DNA from: Gammaproteobacteria bacterium
GTDB lineage: Bacteria; Pseudomonadota; Gammaproteobacteria; Steroidobacterales; Woeseiaceae
Length of the DNA stretch: 39,049 bases
Assembly: GCA_030426325.1 (NCBI GenBank)
Contig: JAUHYO010000001.1
Location: forward strand, 1-39,049
Direction: 5' to 3'
Of this stretch, positions 8,168 through 15,538 are shown one piece after another. The translations under genes and the position numbers were made by a program. Position 1 is the stretch's first letter. Every line of letters begins with the position of its first letter. Below the pieces are notes generated by a model. The model saw only the letters and a program-made list of their open reading frames with translations. It was not told where the DNA came from and did no database searches.

Positions 8168-9289
8168 TTAAACCTTGATAAATATTTTGCGCGAATACAA
8201 AAACCACGCGAAACCGAGCAACAACAGGACATTGCTTATCGCGTACGCCAGCGAAGCATTGTACGGGGATGCGAACGTCGATTCGAATACGTTTTGCCAA
8301 AGCCAGGTCTTGATATTGATCGACTGACCGGAAGCCTCTGTAACATGAATGGCATTTAGCGTTCGGGCAAGTACGCCCGATACCGCATAGATAATCAGTG
8401 CATTAGTGCCGTAAACAACAAAGGCTTGCATGCCGCGATGGTGCTTCCTTATATCAACCCACCAGTACATTACACCGAGCACCAGCAGCGCTATGCCGCT
8501 TGTATAAAGTACGTAGGAACTGGTCCAGATCTGCTTGTTGATGGGAAACACGCTGTTCCAGATCAGCCCGGCTGCCAGTAAAACAGCACCCACTACCATC
8601 AGCCCTGCGACTTTTTCGAAGTGGCCGCGACTGCTTCTAAGCCAGGCACCGGTCAGAATTCCGCTGATACCCGTCGCAAAGGCCGGCAAAGTGCTCAGCA
8701 ATCCCTCCGGGTCCCAGACCTTCGACTGTGCCCAGAGATGGCCTCCCAGCAATGTGGAATCCAGCCAGGCGCCCAGATTGGTTGCTGCCTCAAGATTGGG
8801 CGGATGTCCGCCGGGCACGGGTATTAGCGTGAGCATTCCCCAGTAAGCGAGAAGGCAGCCGACGCCCACCCAGAACAACTGGCGAACATCGAGCCAGAGA
8901 AACAGCAATGCTGTTACCGCATAGACCAGCGCAATGCGTTGCAGCACGCCCGGTATGCGCAAGGTAGCGAGATCAAAATAGGGATAACCGGAAAGAAACA
9001 ATCCAATCAGAAAGATCAGAAACGATCGCCAGAGAATTTTCTGCACCAGCAGCCCGCGGTCGACACCCGCCTCTTTGCGTCGACCAATTGCGAGTGCGAT
9101 TGATACGCCAACGATGAACAGGAAAAAAGGAAATATCCAGTCGGTCGGCGTCGCACCATGCCATTCGGCGTGCTGCAGCGGCGCGTAAACGTAACTCCAC
9201 GAACCCGGGTTATTCACCAGGATCATCGCGGCGATGGTCATTCCTCGAAAAACATCGAGCGAAAGAAGACGGCTGGTCGATTGTTGCAT
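8168..9289 (-). CDS. Multi-pass membrane acyltransferase-like protein, HGSNAT / DUF5009 (COG4299) family
   Basis: RLLSLDVFRGMTIAAMILVNNPGSWSYVYAPLQHAEWHGATPTDWIFPFFLFIVGVS is the characteristic N-terminal block of this family, followed by about 10 TM spans. I trimmed the track ORF to ATG 9289 (MQQSTSRLLSLD). The upstream extension is non-hydrophobic junk overlapping the divergent promoter region. Confidence 0.8.
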   Translation of the reverse strand: MQQSTSRLLSLDVFRGMTIAAMILVNNPGSWSYVYAPLQHAEWHGATPTDWIFPFFLFIVGVSIALAIGRRKEAGVDRGLLVQKILWRSFLIFLIGLFLSGYPYFDLATLRIPGVLQRIALVYAVTALLFLWLDVRQLFWVGVGCLLAYWGMLTLIPVPGGHPPNLEAATNLGAWLDSTLLGGHLWAQSKVWDPEGLLSTLPAFATGISGILTGAWLRSSRGHFEKVAGLMVVGAVLLAAGLIWNSVFPINKQIWTSSYVLYTSGIALLVLGVMYWWVDIRKHHRGMQAFVVYGTNALIIYAVSGVLARTLNAIHVTEASGQSINIKTWLWQNVFESTFASPYNASLAYAISNVLLLLGFAWFLYSRKIFIKV

Positions 9290-9430
9290 TTCGTCATTGT
9301 GGCAGACACACACCGGTGCCGGGTAGTCCGTAAACGGCGCACTCCCGAAATATGTGCAGAACGTTCTTTCGGGAACCTTTTTCTCCCGACCGCATCTTTC
9401 AAGCCCCTCCAATCGGTTTGCGAGAGAGAT

Positions 9431-10594
9431 ATGAGAATGAGGAAGTTTTTTACCCCGCTGCTGTTTGCTGCTGTATCGGTAGCCGCATGCTCTGACAATG
9501 ATTCGGTTCCCGGTGTTATCACCCTGCCGGAACCACCCATCGACGGGCAGACTGTATTTCGTTACGACACCTACGGCGACGAAGTCTTCTGGACCGACGT
9601 GCTGCGCTTCAATGAGGTTGTCGCGACAATCAGCCCGGAAACAGCACTGGCCGTCGGACTGAAGGTTGACGCCGACGCGGTGCCGGCCGACGTCCTGGCA
9701 AATGCCGATCTCACTGACCCGGCCACGACCGTCGCATTACTCGGACTCGACGCCGTCGTCGGCATCAAGGCCGATGTTGCGGCGGACGGCACCGTCACTC
9801 GCTTCGGCATTACCTGCGCATTGTGCCACTCGGATGTCGACGACTCGGTCGCGCCGGGCATCGGCGTCCGCCTGGATGGCTGGCCAGCCAAGGATCTTGA
9901 TCCGGGTCTGATCATTTCCCTGTCGCCCTTTTTCGATGATAAGCCGGCAATGCGCGCTCAGTTGCAGTCCTGGGGGCCGGGTATGTACGACCCGTACTGG
10001 AACCTGGATGGCATCAGCGACCCGGTCGTCATCGCGCCGGCATACGGGCTCAAGGACGTGCCACTGGAGACCTACACCGGTGAGGGACCCGTCTCGTACT
10101 GGAACGCCTATGTCGCCATAACGCAAATGGGTGGACAGGGAACATTCGTGGAGCCGGCCCTGAACATCGAAATTCACGCGGACCCCGATCTCGTAACGCC
10201 GAAACTGCCGGCGCTGCTCGCCTACCAGGAGAGCCTGGATTCACCGGTCCCACCGCTTGAGAGCTATGACATGGAAGCCGCCGAGCGCGGCAAGGTGCTG
10301 TTTGATGGCAAAGCCGGGTGCTCAGGCTGCCATTCCGGCGATCAATTTACCGACGCGGGAACCACACTCCATGAAGCACACGAAATCGGTGCTGATCCGC
10401 TGTACGCCACCCGCACGATAACGAAGAAATATCGAACGACACCCTTGCGTGCGCTTTGGCAGCACCCGCCGTACTACCACAACGGTGAATTCGAGACCCT
10501 GCGCGATGTGGTCGAACACTACGACCTGGTGAGAAACCTGGGGCTCGCGGACGATGAGAAGTCGGATCTCGAGGAATATTTGAAGTCGCTGTGA
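9431..10594 (+). CDS. Di-haem cytochrome c peroxidase-like lipoprotein
   Basis: Two CxxCH haem-c motifs (CALCH and CSGCH). The C-terminal block TPLRALWQHPPYYHNGEFETLRDVVEHYD resembles the CCP/MauG-family signature. I trimmed to ATG 9431 (MRMRKFFTPLLFAAVSVAAC, signal plus lipobox VAAC). Confidence 0.75.
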   Translation: MRMRKFFTPLLFAAVSVAACSDNDSVPGVITLPEPPIDGQTVFRYDTYGDEVFWTDVLRFNEVVATISPETALAVGLKVDADAVPADVLANADLTDPATTVALLGLDAVVGIKADVAADGTVTRFGITCALCHSDVDDSVAPGIGVRLDGWPAKDLDPGLIISLSPFFDDKPAMRAQLQSWGPGMYDPYWNLDGISDPVVIAPAYGLKDVPLETYTGEGPVSYWNAYVAITQMGGQGTFVEPALNIEIHADPDLVTPKLPALLAYQESLDSPVPPLESYDMEAAERGKVLFDGKAGCSGCHSGDQFTDAGTTLHEAHEIGADPLYATRTITKKYRTTPLRALWQHPPYYHNGEFETLRDVVEHYDLVRNLGLADDEKSDLEEYLKSL

Positions 10595-10771
10595 TTATTT
10601 TTCCCCGCCCGGGAACCTTTCCGGATCTCGTGCATCATGCGGGTGAGGATGGGGTAATTCCGAGTAAATCGATATGACCGACAACAACCTAGCGCCTCCA
10701 ACGCACCTGTCGATTAGCGGTGCGGATAAGGCCCGCCGCCGATTCATGCCCAGGATCGGCACGGTTTTCTC

Positions 10772-11227
10772 TTGAGCTCCGCCCGCCCCGTACCCTCCTG
10801 GCGTCCCCCAGCGCCTGCAGCGATACTGACAGCGGCAGTACTGGTCTTGCTGTCGTTGTCAGTCGCTGCAACTTCTCGGCCCGATCTCGAGGCTGGCCAG
10901 AGAAGTTATGCCAAGTGCATGGGCTGCCATTCGCCGGAATACAACCGCACCGGACCGCTGCACTGCGGCCTTTTCGGACGCGAATCCGCTGCGGTGCAGG
11001 GCTATAATTATTCGCAGGCAATGCGAGACGCTCGAATCGTCTGGAACGCCGACACGCTGGATCGATTCCTCGAATCGCCGCTCACGATGCTGCCCGGAAC
11101 GTCGATGGGTTTTGCCGGCATTCCGGATCAGACCGAACGACGCAACCTTATCGCCTGGCTGGCCACTCTCAATGCATCGTCGGACATCTGTCGTGATGCC
11201 TTAATCGCCAATGGAGGAACAAGATAA
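10772..11227 (+). CDS. Class I (c2 / mitochondrial-type) cytochrome c, exported
   Basis: CMGCH haem motif, then GPLHCGLFGRESAAVQGYNYSQAM, W..DTLDRFLESP, and PGTSMGF carrying the axial Met. A hydrophobic N-terminal signal is present. The start (TTG 10772) is uncertain. Confidence 0.8.
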   Translation: MSSARPVPSWRPPAPAAILTAAVLVLLSLSVAATSRPDLEAGQRSYAKCMGCHSPEYNRTGPLHCGLFGRESAAVQGYNYSQAMRDARIVWNADTLDRFLESPLTMLPGTSMGFAGIPDQTERRNLIAWLATLNASSDICRDALIANGGTR

Positions 11228-11913
11228 TGGTAGATGCTGAACCCGTCTCGCCGAATTCTTTTGCAGACCTGAGCGACGACCTGATTCTCGAGCGTGTTGC
11301 TGCTGGCGACCTTGACGCCTACGAAGGCATCATGCGGCATCACAACCAACGGCTCTATCGCATTGCACGCAGCATTGTCACTGACGATGCCGAGGCAATG
11401 GACGTCGTGCAGGAATCCTTCATCGCCGCCTTCGACCGGCTCGACGAACTCCGCGAACCAGCGGCGCTTCCAAGCTGGCTTGCCCGAATTACGCGCAACA
11501 ACGCTCTGATGCGTCTTCGCAAGAATCGCAGGATGCAATACATGGACGAACCCGATTTCGACAATGTTCTGAATCTCTCAACCGCCGTCAAGCGTCCGGA
11601 ACAACCCGACTCGGCGTTGGCAAACAAGCAACTCGGTCGTTTGCTCGAGCACTATATAGACGAGCTGCCCGACGCGTTTCGCACGGTCTTCATGCTCCGC
11701 GCCATTGAGCAATGTTCGGTCGCCACAACTGCTGAACTTATGGACATTGAGCCGGCAACGGTCAAGACTCGGTATCACCGTGCGCGGCTGCTACTACAGA
11801 AACAAATGACGGACCTCAGCAACTCGTCCGGTGTTGCGGTTCACGAATTTGCCGGGCATCGATGTGACGCTATTGTACGCAACGTTCTGAGCGCATTAAG
11901 AAAGTCTCGTTAA
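11227..11913 (+). CDS. ECF (group 4) RNA polymerase sigma factor with short C-terminal extension
   Basis: The sigma-2 block is YEGIMRHHNQRLYRIARSIV...AMDVVQESFIAAF...PSWLARITRNNAL. The sigma-4 block is LPDAFRTVFMLRAIEQCSVATTAELMDIEPATVKTRYHRARLLL. A tail of about 34 aa follows, containing HEFAGHRCDAIV. A GGAGGA SD lies inside the end of the cytochrome c gene, and the ATG overlaps its stop (TAATG). Confidence 0.9.
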   Translation: MVDAEPVSPNSFADLSDDLILERVAAGDLDAYEGIMRHHNQRLYRIARSIVTDDAEAMDVVQESFIAAFDRLDELREPAALPSWLARITRNNALMRLRKNRRMQYMDEPDFDNVLNLSTAVKRPEQPDSALANKQLGRLLEHYIDELPDAFRTVFMLRAIEQCSVATTAELMDIEPATVKTRYHRARLLLQKQMTDLSNSSGVAVHEFAGHRCDAIVRNVLSALRKSR

Positions 11914-11925
11914 TTTGTTGCACAC

Positions 11926-11964
11926 CACTCCGCCGGGGCAAACTGCTGTATTCTTGGCGGAGTG
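11926..11964 (+). terminator. Hairpin after the ECF sigma gene (9-bp perfect stem CACTCCGCC / GGCGGAGTG, 21-nt loop)
   Basis: The inverted repeat was read directly and starts 13 nt after the TAA at 11911-11913. There is no U-tract, so its role as an intrinsic terminator is doubtful. Confidence 0.3.
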
Positions 11965-12011
11965 AACATTAAATCAAACGCCGAAGGTCCCCGGCACCGC
12001 GAGACGGTCGA

Positions 12012-12938
12012 GTGATTCGTACCGCCACGGACCTGCAGGAATGCCGCAATCTCTGGGACGCGCTTTCGCCAAAGCAGGATGCCTGGGATGACTGGGACCT
12101 GATGTACGCCTTTCACCACCAGGACGATCATCGATTGCATTTCCTGGTACATCAAACCGATGGCGGTCCGCCGGATGGCTTGATTCCGCTTGTGTTTGAC
12201 AGCAAGGAAAGCCGCTACATGTTGATGGCTGGCAGTTACCCCGATGGACGGGTCCTGTGGCTTCAGAACGCGGACTTCCCCGAGTTTTTTGGGCACCTTC
12301 CCGAACCGACCGTGTTGTTCGACTTAAAGCAAAGCTGGGTCAGTGACTTATTGGCGATGCATCCGCAATTCGAGGCCTATTTCTCCGAACCGGACTCGCG
12401 CTACTTTATGGTACCGGCCGAGTTCGGGTTCGATTTTTACAATCACCTCGATACCTTTCCGCCCGAGAAGAAGCAGAAGTTTCTCTATGACCTGCGGCAT
12501 ATCAACAAGCGCGAACCCGCACTGCGCTGGAGTAGCGATAACGAGGCCGACCTGTTTATCGAGCTGGTAAACCGCAACTTCGGTTCGGAGTCAGACTACG
12601 CCGATGCGAACAACGCGAGCGAATTGCGACGCGTCATTGATGAGCTGGCTCGCAGCGGTCGACTGAAAACGCTGACGATCGAGGTTGATGGTGTAAAGCA
12701 GGCAGTCTCGCTGTCATTACTGCATGGCACCAAGATGATCGCGTTGTACGCTGCCAGCAACAATGACTTTAACAACCTCGGCAAGTTGCTGAACGTCGAG
12801 GCAATTCAGGAAGCCTGCCGCCTGCGTGTCGATGAAATCAGCTTTATGACCGGCATGCAGTGGAAAGCGAACTGGAAAATGAAGAGTGAAACCTGCGTTA
12901 CGCTGCGCAAACCGCCGCGGGAAATTGCTGCCACTTGA
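12012..12938 (+). CDS. GNAT-fold acetyltransferase-like protein (CelD/BioF2-like, Acetyltransf_6-type)
   Basis: 308 aa. The C-terminal half (GRLKTLTIEVDGVKQAVSLSLLHGTKMIALYAASNNDFNNLGKLLNVEAIQEACRLRVDEISFMTG) resembles the FemAB/CelD-like GNAT family. GTG start, and the start is uncertain. Confidence 0.6.
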   Translation: MIRTATDLQECRNLWDALSPKQDAWDDWDLMYAFHHQDDHRLHFLVHQTDGGPPDGLIPLVFDSKESRYMLMAGSYPDGRVLWLQNADFPEFFGHLPEPTVLFDLKQSWVSDLLAMHPQFEAYFSEPDSRYFMVPAEFGFDFYNHLDTFPPEKKQKFLYDLRHINKREPALRWSSDNEADLFIELVNRNFGSESDYADANNASELRRVIDELARSGRLKTLTIEVDGVKQAVSLSLLHGTKMIALYAASNNDFNNLGKLLNVEAIQEACRLRVDEISFMTGMQWKANWKMKSETCVTLRKPPREIAAT

Positions 12939-13049
12939 AACAGCGATCATGCCTGAAGGTGTCGACCTCAATGGATCGATAACACAACAATTGCGATATC
13001 GCAATGATTGTGTTACCGTTCCTTTTCCTTTTTGGAACAGGAGATCATC

Positions 13050-13223
13050 ATGCTTTCATGGGCCTTGGGGTTCTTCATTCTTGCGATCATTGCAGGTGTC
13101 CTCGGTTTCGGCGGTATCGCCGGCGCTGCAGCGGGAATAGCGAAAATTCTGTTCTATGTTTTCCTGGTACTGCTGATTGTCAGCGCTGTTGCCGGCGCCC
13201 TTCGCGGCCGGCCACCCGTGTAG
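13050..13223 (+). CDS. DUF1328 / UPF0391 small membrane protein (YtjA-like)
   Basis: [45 protein letters not shown] is the family signature. An AGGAGA SD lies 6 nt upstream of ATG 13050. The 14-codon track extension was removed. Confidence 0.85.
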   Translation: MLSWALGFFILAIIAGVLGFGGIAGAAAGIAKILFYVFLVLLIVSAVAGALRGRPPV

Positions 13224-13233
13224 TAGTACAATA

Positions 13234-13256
13234 GTGTGACGATTGCGCAGTCACAC
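13234..13256 (+). terminator. Hairpin GTGTGAC-(9 nt)-GTCACAC between the DUF1328 gene and the next gene
   Basis: Perfect 7-bp inverted repeat, 11 nt after the stop at 13221-13223 and 10 nt before ATG 13267. There is no U-tract. It could be a terminator or a translational/regulatory hairpin. Confidence 0.3.
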
Positions 13257-13266
13257 AGGTAGATCG

Positions 13267-14001
13267 ATGCGAAGTGCAACCCTTGTTTGTATTGTATTGG
13301 CATTTGCTACAGGCACGGCCAACGGCAAGGCTGCACTGAGCATCGTCGTATACGGTGCGACCGGTGACGTCGGGACACACATCGTTCAGGAAGCATTGAA
13401 TCGCGGGCATCAGTTTACCGCGGTGTCGCGCAGGCCCGAGCAAGTCGAGATGCAGCATGACAGGCTCTCGATTGTCAAAGGCGACCTACTGGACAGGGCG
13501 AGTGTCGCCGGCACTGTGTCCAATAAAGATGTTGTGATCGTATCCGTGCGCGGGGTGATCGGTGATTCGGGTACCCCGGAAAGCGCCTTGCAGTTCCTGG
13601 CCGCGGAAATTCTCGTCGATGTCCTTTCCCAACTGGGTGACCCGGCGCCGCGTTTATTGCATGTCGGTGGCTCGGGTTCGCTTGAAGTCGAGCCAGGCGT
13701 CCGCTATGCGGCGAAGCTACCAAAGGTATTCATACCGAAAGGCCTCGAAGTGGAAATCCTGGGCCAGATTCTTGCGCTCGAGTTCTACCGCAAGGTTGAC
13801 GACGTCCAATGGACTTACGTAACGCCGCCGAAGAACTTCACCAACGGACCACGGACCGGCGTTTTTCGAATCGGTGGCGACCAGGCCCTGGAGGACAAGC
13901 GGGGACGAACTCGCCTGTCGCGCGCCGATTTCGCAGTCGCGCTGATTGACGAGGCGGAGCAGGCACAACATGTACGGCAACGAATCTCGGTTGCCTACTG
14001 A
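13267..14001 (+). CDS. NAD(P)-binding NmrA/atypical-SDR-like protein with signal-peptide-like N-terminus
   Basis: IVVYGATGDVGTHIVQEALNRGHQFTAVSRRP is a Rossmann GxxGxxG block of the NAD(P)H-binding (BVR-B/YwnB-like) type. I chose ATG 13267 rather than TTG 13243. Confidence 0.8.
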   Translation: MRSATLVCIVLAFATGTANGKAALSIVVYGATGDVGTHIVQEALNRGHQFTAVSRRPEQVEMQHDRLSIVKGDLLDRASVAGTVSNKDVVIVSVRGVIGDSGTPESALQFLAAEILVDVLSQLGDPAPRLLHVGGSGSLEVEPGVRYAAKLPKVFIPKGLEVEILGQILALEFYRKVDDVQWTYVTPPKNFTNGPRTGVFRIGGDQALEDKRGRTRLSRADFAVALIDEAEQAQHVRQRISVAY

Positions 14002-14150
14002 ACCACCCGAAATCTTTCTATAAATCCGGTACTTGGCGTTTTTCGTCGCAGGGTACGTCTAACTGTGTAATAGACGAATTTCAACTGCCGGAGAACAACC
14101 ATGTCCTCGAGAGAACCGCACACCGTCATACCCCGATCAAGGAGTGCGTC

Positions 14151-14585
14151 ATGAACTTCGCGAAAGTGGGTGCCGTATTTTTCATCCTGTGGGGAATCAT
14201 TCACGTCATTGGCGGAGGCGCCATACTCTTCGCCGCGGCCGAAAGCCCGGCACAGGGCTTTGCAATCTATGGGGCGCATTCGGACACCTACACCGAGCTT
14301 GCTGGTAACGTGCTCAGCTACCTGGCCTTCGGTTTCGTCTGGATTGCCGTACTGGTCACCTACATCGGCGTTCGCTACAACTGGTCCAACAGCCAGTCGG
14401 GCCTTGCCTTAAACACCGTACTGGTCGGCATGACCGATATCGGCCTGATTGTATTCCTGGTCCTTCCCGGGTTTCTCAGCTGGGGCGAGGCCTCGCCCGG
14501 GCTGCTATTGTTTACCGGAGGCGTAGTATTTGGCGGCATCGCATGCAATTCTGCGCACGGTCAATCAGCTCGGACGTTCGAGTGA
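14151..14585 (+). CDS. Hypothetical 4-TM membrane protein
   Basis: 144 aa with four clear hydrophobic spans. A strong AAGGAG SD precedes the ATG. The stop lies 3 nt before the ATG of the following ECF sigma gene. Confidence 0.6.
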   Translation: MNFAKVGAVFFILWGIIHVIGGGAILFAAAESPAQGFAIYGAHSDTYTELAGNVLSYLAFGFVWIAVLVTYIGVRYNWSNSQSGLALNTVLVGMTDIGLIVFLVLPGFLSWGEASPGLLLFTGGVVFGGIACNSAHGQSARTFE

Positions 14586-14588
14586 ATC

Positions 14589-15422
14589 ATGACGACTGAC
14601 ATCGAGGATCATCAACTCATTGCCCGTGCAAAAGCCGGCGATGAAGCGGCGTTTCAGGCGATCGTCAAGCCGCTTGTACCCCAGGTGCGAAACATCGTCC
14701 GAAAAATGCTTGGCCACCCCGAGGACACCGAGGACGTGCTGCAGGAAGCCCTGCTCAAGGCCTGGCAGGGAATTGGCAAGTTCCGGCAAGAGTCCAGTAT
14801 CGCCAGCTGGCTGACATCGATAGCAACGCGAACCGCCATCGATTTCTTGCGCAGCCAGAAACGCTGGCGACCGGAAGCCCAGGTGGCCTATGCGAATCTT
14901 TGCGCGCAGTCTGAAGAAATGAGTGGTGAAGTGTTGGCGCAGTTCGGGGCACCCGAATTTGTCTACGAAGTGCGGGAGCATATTTCCTATTGCTTCACTT
15001 GCGTCGGCCGGTCGCTGCCGCCCGATGAACTGGCCGTGCTCGTGTTACGCGACGTGGTCGATATGTCAGCCCGCGAAGCGGCGACCGCGTTGGGAGTATC
15101 CGATTCGGTGCTGCGGCATCGTCTTGCCGCCGCAAGGAATTCGATGCAGGAACGCTACGAAGGACTGTGCTCGCTTGTCAGCAAGAAAGGTATTTGCCAT
15201 CAGTGCAAGGGCTTGCAAATGATCGCCCCGGAAGACAAGAAGGGGCAAGCTTTTCCCGATATTGACGACTTTATCGACCGCTGCGCCGTCGTCCGCAACT
15301 GCAAATCGACCTCGATGAAACAGCTGCACGATGTTTTCTGGCGAAACACCAAGCGGATTGAAGAAGATAGCTTGGGGTCCGCTCAGCCGGAAAGCAATTG
15401 TGGGGTTGACGAAGCCGAGTAG
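14589..15422 (+). CDS. ECF sigma factor with long linker and Cys-rich C-terminal extension
   Basis: The sigma-2 block is FQAIVKPLVPQVRNIVRKMLGHPEDTEDVLQEALLKAW...SWLTSIATRTAIDFLR. The sigma-4 block is LPPDELAVLVLRDVVDMSAREAATALGVSDSVLRHRLAAAR. There are nine Cys, including CxxC in the linker (YCFTC, aa 135-138) and CxxC in the roughly 85-aa tail (ICHQC, aa 203-206). Confidence 0.85.
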   Translation: MTTDIEDHQLIARAKAGDEAAFQAIVKPLVPQVRNIVRKMLGHPEDTEDVLQEALLKAWQGIGKFRQESSIASWLTSIATRTAIDFLRSQKRWRPEAQVAYANLCAQSEEMSGEVLAQFGAPEFVYEVREHISYCFTCVGRSLPPDELAVLVLRDVVDMSAREAATALGVSDSVLRHRLAAARNSMQERYEGLCSLVSKKGICHQCKGLQMIAPEDKKGQAFPDIDDFIDRCAVVRNCKSTSMKQLHDVFWRNTKRIEEDSLGSAQPESNCGVDEAE

Positions 15423-15538
15423 GACGCACCGGAATCAATTTGCCGGCGCGTATACAATCCGCCCAGCATCCCAACCGGGGCCGTCATGGCCATGGCTCTC
15501 AGGTAAGCCACGCCAAAGTCGACGCTGGCTGTGGCGCT

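Noticed and set aside
8166-10594. N-terminal extensions of track ORFs (6852..8300, 8168..9412, 9158..10594). The same issue affects 13008.., 13243.., 18857.., 21588..23117, 26347..29829, 29959.. and 33550..36402
   Set aside because: The extensions overlap neighbouring genes or divergent promoter regions and precede obvious signal peptides, family N-termini or SD sequences. I trimmed them to internal starts.
10612-10631. GGAAC motif upstream of the cytochrome c / ECF sigma genes, as a possible ECF-type -35 element
   Set aside because: The nearest downstream CGT lies only 12 nt away, against the roughly 16-17 nt expected for ECF promoters. A single pentamer match is not evidence.
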